Positions 56,188 through 64,000 of a DNA stretch of 64,000 nucleotides are shown one piece after another; positions within the stretch are counted from its first letter, which is position 1, and each line of letters opens with the position of its first letter. The DNA is taken from NCBI GenBank assembly GCA_964016885.1, contig OZ024741.1, positions 212,164,001 through 212,228,000 of the forward strand, read 5' to 3'. This DNA is from Eledone cirrhosa (lineage: Eukaryota). Under the pieces are notes generated by a model. The model was not told the origin of the DNA. It saw only the letters and a program-made list of their open reading frames with translations, and did no database searches. A program made the position numbers and the translations under genes.

Positions 56188-56452
56188 TGTTGTAGGGCTG
56201 CAATTAAATGCGTCTGTAGGCGGTATGCCGTTTGAGCACTCGATGCTCACGCAGAGCAGAGTACATTATTATAGATAACGAGGAATCAGTAATGCATCAA
56301 AACACTATTTAATAACATATTACATATGTTTCACTGTCGATTCGCTAGAGGCAAGATCTGTTACAGATCGAACCTATATATACATAGACACTCTTATATT
56401 AACATACTTTTGCTCATAGCTTCGTACTTACATGCGCACTTATTCTTTTACT

Positions 56453-56484
<32 letters not shown>

Positions 56485-57094
56485 ACTGGGCAGGGAAAAC
56501 GGGGAAGAGAATTGATCCAAATGTAGGTGGCGAAAGTTATGGAGGATCGTCTTCTAATACAAAAAATACTTTAATACACTAACAAACACATGTAGAAATA
56601 CATACACACACATATATGTGCATTATCATTCAACGGCGCGATTTGAATTCAGAGTTACGGCCCTCGCCATTCTGAGTTCAAATCCCGGCGAGGTTAACTT
56701 TGCCCTTCATCCTTACGCGGTCGATAAAATAAAGTACCCGTAATGTACTGGGTATTTGCTAGCCTTGTGCCAAAAGTAGAAACAATTATCATTCAACGAT
56801 TGTTATATGTATATTTTTCACTCCTATTTTTCAACATAGTTGAATTTCTATACGCACATGAACAAACTAGACACGTTGCTCCAACACATACTCACATACA
56901 TAGAAGAATTAAATACAATACACACACTCTCACATCTCTTTCATCCTCTTCTAATCTGTGAACCCCATCTATGTGTTTCCTCTATTCATGATGAAGTACT
57001 AACGTTCAATATGTTTCTCTTTCAAGCATGAAACTAATAAAACTACTGTTATTGTTTCACTGTGTTCCTCTGTTTTGTACACACACAAACATAC

Positions 57095-58100
57095 ATACAT
57101 GGTGGCTGCCAACTCGTTTTCGAGTACGGCCACTACTTTATATCCATGTAGGAGTACTCCTACCGATGCTCTGAACAAATGTGACTTTTTAGTTCAGCCA
57201 GCGACTTGAAAACTCTCGTACAAACACTACACTTGTGACAATTATTGACACATAGTGCTGGGCCCATGGTACCATGTGACGACAAGTGCAGAGAGATCTC
57301 CAGATATAAAGCAATGCCTGTGCCGTGAAGCTTTTATAGTGAGCAACGGCACTGCACAAAGCCAGTCCCACTCTCTTAACCAAGATGATATTTACCAAAA
57401 AGAAGAACAAGTCAACATCATGGGATACCATCAGGGTTGCAGGTGTTATATCAGAGTTTTCCTTCTCCTAGAATTCTGCCTTGACAAAGGCTAAGAGGTC
57501 ATCTCTCATACATACATAAATACATACATACATACATACATACATACATACATACATGATGGCTGCCCCCTCGTTATCGAGTATGGCCATTGCACGATAT
57601 ACCATTATTAATAATTATTAATTAATTCTATCGTGCAATGCCTGTCTGTGCGTGAAGATATTTTTTAAAGTGAGGAAAGACTGTGCACTGAGCCAATCCC
57701 ACTCTCTGAGTGACAGTGACTATAACCCGAAAAGAAGAAAAGATCAACATCATCGGTAACTACTGAGCCGCAGGTTTTATATCGGAGTTATCCCAGTTTC
57801 CTGAGTTGCCTTCTCCTAGAAGAATACCCTGACAAAGGCTAGGGGTCCTTCACTCTCAGTGGTTTAAACGCGCGGTACATGTGTATGTACATATTTAGAC
57901 ACCTTTGAATGGCCATTGACTCTTATATGTTCTTCCGCCATTTGTCAGGTTTTGTTTTTTGTCCCGCAGGGTGTCCCAAATCACCCTCCTCACCAAGTAA
58001 GTAAACTTGGTGAGGTTGCCGGTTTAGTCGCTGACGACCCGACCATGCGACAGGTTGTACAGAGTTACATGTTAACAGTAGCACTCAAGAGTGACCCGAC
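57095..58100 (-). mobile_element. LINE(RTE-like)-derived fragments associated with (TACA)n
   Basis: 57100-57507 and 57557-57855 are related (GGCTGCC..CTCGTT.TCGAGTA.GGCCA ... CCTTCTCCTAGAA..TGACAAAGGCTA); each is bounded by ACAT repeats. Confidence 0.55.
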
Positions 58101-58138
58101 ATACATACATACATACATACATACATACATACATACAT

Positions 58139-58210
<72 letters not shown>

Positions 58211-58324
58211 ATATATATATGTGTATATATATATGTGTGTATATATATTTATATATATATATATATAGAAAGCAGCGATTCTTTGCTTAAACTTTAATCT
58301 GTTATTTAATATATATATATATGG

Positions 58325-58362
<38 letters not shown>

Positions 58363-58466
58363 GTGTGTATATATATGTATATATATATATATACATATAT
58401 ATATGTGTATGTGTGTATATATATATATGAGAGAGAGAGTGAGAGAGAGAATGAGAGAGAGAGAGA

Positions 58467-58511
<45 letters not shown>

Positions 58512-58729
58512 TCAGATAGATATGTATATGTACATACATGTACACATACATACGTATACATAGATAGGATAGGTTTTTCTCGTACTAAATATTTTTTACA
58601 TCATTTACAAATATTCTCTGAACATTGGACGCATCGTCTCTTCATTGTGAGATTTTTTAATAAATAATAGTTAGTTCCAAAAGCCAGTTCAATTAATTAG
58701 CAATATAAAGATGGTACTGGGGTAAAAAA

Positions 58730-58782
<53 letters not shown>

Positions 58783-58890
58783 ATGCTTTGGGAGGGTCAT
58801 TTTGCCAATACAAATTTAGAAACGAAATATATATATATATATGTTATGGAATACTGTTAGCTTCTTTCTACAACAATTTCTATACCTTTC

Positions 58891-58929
<39 letters not shown>

Positions 58930-59074
58930 CGCATATAGGCAGAAGGGATATTCAATTTGTTGGTAATTCAACAAATATAAATGTTTACATCTGATTCAGA
59001 GCACTCGACAGATTTTCTGGAGTAAATATTCAATGATATTAAATAAATGGACACTATATTTATAAAACCATATT

Positions 59075-59136
59075 TATTCTATTATATATATTTCAATGGT
59101 ACCAAAAACTTTGGTACGCTTTCGTCAGATAAAATA
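59075..59136 (-). ncRNA. Hammerhead ribozyme (diverged family J copy)
   Basis: Minus strand TATTTTAT-CTGACGA-AA..GTACCA/TGGTAC..TT-GAAA-TATATA-TA-ATAGAATA. Confidence 0.8.
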
Positions 59137-59196
59137 CAAAGTGTGTTTTATAAATTTTGACATAGCCAAGGAACATACCTTATCAGTTGAGGTATT

Positions 59197-59265
<69 letters not shown>

Positions 59266-59436
59266 GTGTGTGTATATACAAAAACAAAGCTGCTACTTCC
59301 CGAGAAAAGCGTGAAACTAATATATATTTTCATTGAAATTCATCGTCTGTTGTGTTTATCGGCTAACTTTTCAAACACACACACACAGTCTAGCATGGCT
59401 TCAGCCTCCCGGCCGGAACACGATTTAGGGCGACTG

Positions 59437-59515
<79 letters not shown>

Positions 59516-59545
59516 GTATGTATATATATATATCTATATATATAT

Positions 59546-59775
59546 CTAAGGCGGGTAAAATTCCCGAGATCCATGGACGAGTTCTCTCCAGCGGTCTCTG
59601 TCCCTCATTATCGCTGCCATGTCCTGCGTCTCCAACAGACCAGTGTCTCTCCTTAGGGCATCAACATACGTTAACCTTGGTCTTCATCTTCTAGTGTGTC
59701 CATGTAGGGGCTCCGAAAGGAGCACTGAGTGCAATGTCAACTCTGGATGTCGGTGAGCATGTCAAGCTAACCTCA

Positions 59776-59776
<1 letters not shown>
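59546..59776 (-). mobile_element. RTE/RTEX-like LINE 3' end inserted in (TA)n
   Basis: LRLA*HAHRHPE...[27 protein letters not shown]...[11 protein letters not shown]. Confidence 0.8.
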
Positions 59777-59822
<46 letters not shown>

Positions 59823-59847
59823 TTTATATGTATATATATATATATAC

Positions 59848-60690
59848 ATATTGTTATACTTGGGGAGGGTCATATTGTTGTAATAATATTGCCAGAAATA
59901 ATAACAGAACACACTCACTGTTTGGTTGGTTTTCGCTTCTGCATCTTTTATGTCATAGTTAATTCATACCATTCATACCAGAGTTAATTCATTTGGCCAT
60001 CCATGTTTATCATTGCCTGACCAACGGTCAAAAATACAGATATCAATAATATAAATATAGTCTAACAAAGTTCTTTCGTTGCACATCTGCAACGTTATCA
60101 GTCGTACTATTATCATGTTTCGCCCTATTGTATTGTATTATACTGTAATGTCTATGCCATTATTATTTTGACTTTGTCTTTCATCCTTACGGGATCGGTA
60201 AAATAAAGTACCAGTAATGCACTGGGTAATTGCTGGCCTTGTGCCTAAAGTAGAAACAATTATTATTTTATCTATTTATTTATTTATTTATTTATTTATT
60301 TTTGTCTCCTCCGTCTCTGCGCATGCGTTTGCGTGTGTGTATAGTGTTTGGGACGTGTGTTCGCGTTTGTGTTATTCTATCTTTGTTTATTAGTGTGTGT
60401 TTTTATGTGCTTGTTTTTATTGTACTTGTGTACATATATATTTATTTATTTATCTATTCATATTTCTCTTAAGTCAGTATTGTTTGTTTGGGTATGGTTG
60501 TTGTTGTTATTCCATTCATTTTTTTCTGTTTAACTTTAGCTTTCTAAGCTCTATTTCGCTCGCTTTCCTGATTTGACCACCTGTTGGGTCATTTCTATGT
60601 TTAGATTTATTTTAATTTCTATGTTGTCTATGTTACCGTCATGTTGTTGTCTGGCGTGTTCATATAGTACTGAACCGTTATTATCGTAAG
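59848..60690 (-). mobile_element. Family A PLE 3' end (EN remnant plus pLTR) with a nested SINE fragment
   Basis: Reverse complement of 278-1020; GSVLYEHARQQHDGNIDNIEI in ORF 60551-60733; SINE core at 60170-60265. Confidence 0.9.
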
Positions 60691-61156
60691 ACTCAACATA
60701 AAGAACATTGTAGGAGAAAAACAGCATCAACAAAATTTAAATTTTATTATTATTTCAGCCAGGAAAAGAATAAAATGTTATGTTTTGGACTGTAATACTT
60801 CATCGAATGTTAGAAACAGAGGGAAGAGAGATGATGTTTGTGGGAAAGATGGAAAAGGAAAACAGACAAGTGCACGTGTACGTACGTGTGCGTGTGTGTT
60901 TAAATCAGCGTTCGTTTACACGGAGACGCTGACCACCAAATACGAACATCGCTGACAGCGCAGAGAGAATTCCTTATGGTCGTCTCCCACCTTGCTAGAA
61001 ATAGCAGTTGAGTTGGTTAGCATACCCGGTATATTTTCCTTCTTTGGTTTGGTAAAATGAGTATCAATAAACATTACAGGCTATACCCTTATTCCATTGG
61101 TGTGTGTGGGTGTTTTTGTATTTATTCGTCCATTATTATGAACAGTACTGTTGAAA

Positions 61157-61497
61157 GCGCATGGGTTAGTGGTTAGAGCGTCGGGCTTGCAATCGTGAGG
61201 TTGTGAGTTCGATTCCCGTAACGTGCTGCGTGTTGTGTCCTTGACCAAGGCATTTTATTTCACGTTACTCCAGTTCACTCAGCTGTAGAAATGAGTTGTG
61301 ACGTCTCTGGTGCCAAGATTCATCGGCCTTAACCTTTTAAATCGATGACGAGGTGAGGAGAGACTGGTATGCATGGGCGATTGCTGGTATTCCACAAATA
61401 ATCTTGCCCAGACTTGTACCTCGGAGGACCAAATTCTAGGTAGGAATCCCATGGCCACTCGTGACCAAAAGAGGTCTTTACTCTTTGCCTTTACTCT
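61157..61497 (+). mobile_element. Full-length CORE-like tRNA-SINE
   Basis: A box TGGGTTAGTGG, B box GTTCGATTCC, TGTGTCCTTGACCAAGGCA, and a CTTTA-repeat tail. Confidence 0.85.
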
Positions 61498-62237
61498 ACA
61501 ATAAGCATTACTCGAGACAAATTTCAGAAATTCAATAGTCGTTCGTAATGACCCAATATACAGCACGTTTCAATCCTTATTTTCTCCAAAAGCCTTCAAA
61601 TGAGATATTTCAAAACAGATATAACATTACATTCTTTTCTACTATTCAATGTTTATAATTTAAGCAGGTTAAGAGTTTAAGCAGGAAATATTGCTTCAAG
61701 AATTATAGATCGACTGTCCTGGGGAAACAAAAAAAGGAGAATGAGCCAGTTTGAGCAGTGGATTAGCCGTACCCCACGGACAAAACGGTGAACGCCTTAA
61801 CGCAGAGAATGTCCAGAGATACACGCTGCAACAGACATCCCACCTTAAGGCGCTCACACCTCAAGCGGGCCACCGTCTTTCTGACTTTATGGAGGAATCA
61901 ACAGTGGTGGGACCAAAGAGGCCAGAGCACTTGACGGACGCAAGTGCAAAGAGGAAGCGGTCAATCAAGCCATGGTTTTAACTAATATATATATATTGTT
62001 ATACTTGGGGAGGGTCATTTTGTAATAGTCTAACAAATTCAGTCTAATTACCTCTTCATAGAAATAGTTGACAGCGTCCCAGGGGCAACGCAGTCAAGTT
62101 TGTTTCCGACCAGGGCCATTTATACCTAATTTATTAGACAATCTTTTCATGATAAAAATAAATACTATAAGCTTCTAAATTTTCAATGAATACATATTCG
62201 CTCAACGTTTCTAAAAATAGATTATATATATAATAAA

Positions 62238-62304
62238 TATTTCTTCTGATGAATGATGACAGACAAAAGTATCTGTCTTCAAGAAACCATTGGTAAATGT
62301 AATA
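62238..62304 (+). ncRNA. Hammerhead ribozyme candidate
   Basis: TT-CTGATGA-a-TGA t GACAGA..TCTGTC t TCA-a-GAAA-CCATTGG-TA-AA; stem I is weak. Confidence 0.6.
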
Positions 62305-62395
62305 ATTATGTTATGTTGTTTATTTCATAACTAAAAAGCTCTGTAGCCTACATAGAGCACTCTCTTTTCCTTTACCTTTCCTACGGAAATACTTC

Positions 62396-62445
<50 letters not shown>

Positions 62446-62610
62446 TGGTGAGAGCGAGAAACATTAGTGTCTGCTGTTTTGTTTACATGCCATCACAATA
62501 GCAAGAATGAAGGGCTCATTCTACTGACATGGCTTTAAAAATGAGGCTCTTTGTATAATTGCAAACAAATCGAATATTATTATTATTATTCGAAAAACTC
62601 AGATTACATT

Positions 62611-62956
<346 letters not shown>

Positions 62957-63139
62957 TATATATATATATATATATATATGTATCTATATAGATATGTGTG
63001 TGTGAGTGTGTGTGTAAATAGATATATGGGATAGGGTGCATGCATCAATGACTCAGTGAGAATTGTTTGCTCCAGGTACATTACCATTCGTTGAAAAGTC
63101 TTTTAGTTAAATATAAAACTATATATGTATGTGTACCTG

Positions 63140-63187
<48 letters not shown>

Positions 63188-63590
63188 TGCTACTGTACGT
63201 CTGTATACATATATGTATGTACGTATACATACATACTTACATTTAAGTAAGTGCCGTACTAAGAGTGAGAAATGAAATTTCGTTTTCATTTTATTACAAC
63301 CTATATATATTTATAAAAACAAATGGCGGCGGTTTAAATCCTACAACGATAGAGAGTTGAAAATATCGAAAATAGAGAAAAATGTCCTCTAATTTAAAAA
63401 CTAGCCTGTGCCTGACATCATTATATATTTATATAAAATATGTTGCTATGACAACCAGCTGATGAAAACAGTGCTTTATAAATTGCTGTTAATGTTGTTA
63501 TAATTACGGTAAAATATTTAGTATTTCAGTTTCTGCTGAATTACATTACACTCACGCAACCACTATCTCAATGTTTCAATACCTCGCCAC

Positions 63591-63629
<39 letters not shown>

Positions 63630-64000
63630 TGTATGTGTGTGTGTGAGTGAGTGTGTGTATGTGTGCGAGTGAGTGTGTACGTGTGCGAGTGAGTGTGTGT
63701 ATGTGAGTGAGTGTGTATGTGAGTGAGTGTGTGTATGTGTGTGAGTGAATGTGTGAGTGAGTGTATGTGTGCGTGTGTGTGTAAGTGAATGTCTGTGTGT
63801 GCGTGTGTGTGTGTAAGTGTGTGTGTGTGTGTAAGTGTGTGAGTGTGCTTTGAACCACCGTCGGTTCCGATGGCCACGATGAGTGTTGTAGTTGTTCGAT
63901 AAAAATAGACAGTTGATGGTATGAAGGTGCAAATAGCGGAGATACGTGTACAGTACACTTAACCTAAACCTCAGGGAGATTCAGGGAGACCGTGAGTGTG

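Noticed and set aside
63455-63500. CTGATGA followed by a hairpin
   Set aside because: No downstream GAAA/UH.
63855-64000. Apparently unique sequence in ORF 63563-63958
   Set aside because: It resembles the degenerate SINE body (TCTCCCTGAG..GTTAAG) on the minus strand.

Overview
This is AT-rich, microsatellite-saturated eukaryotic (animal) DNA. The (TA)n/(GA)n/(CA)n load and the tRNA-derived SINE families suggest a cephalopod such as Octopus, which is an inference. I found no intact host protein-coding gene, and nearly all supplied ORFs are microsatellite artefacts. The window is a transposon graveyard: tRNA-SINEs, RTE and L1/Tx1-type LINE remnants, Tc1/mariner/pogo MITEs, a maT-like transposase relic, a non-autonomous Helitron and several minisatellites. 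The main hidden signal is about 20 type-I hammerhead ribozyme (HHR) motifs from roughly ten sequence families. They sit in short 0.2-0.8 kb units, mostly inside (TA)n tracts, that form head-to-head inverted repeats or 1.1-1.5-mer direct repeats. One family is physically attached to Penelope-like (PLE) RT and GIY-YIG coding remnants at 1-1020. This points to a diverse PLE pseudo-LTR/retrozyme system, including HHRs with palindromic stem III and with stem II expanded to about 100 nt. A possible host promoter (CCAAT, E-box, RFX X-box) lies at about 42.3 kb. All folds and translations were read by eye and are unverified computationally.
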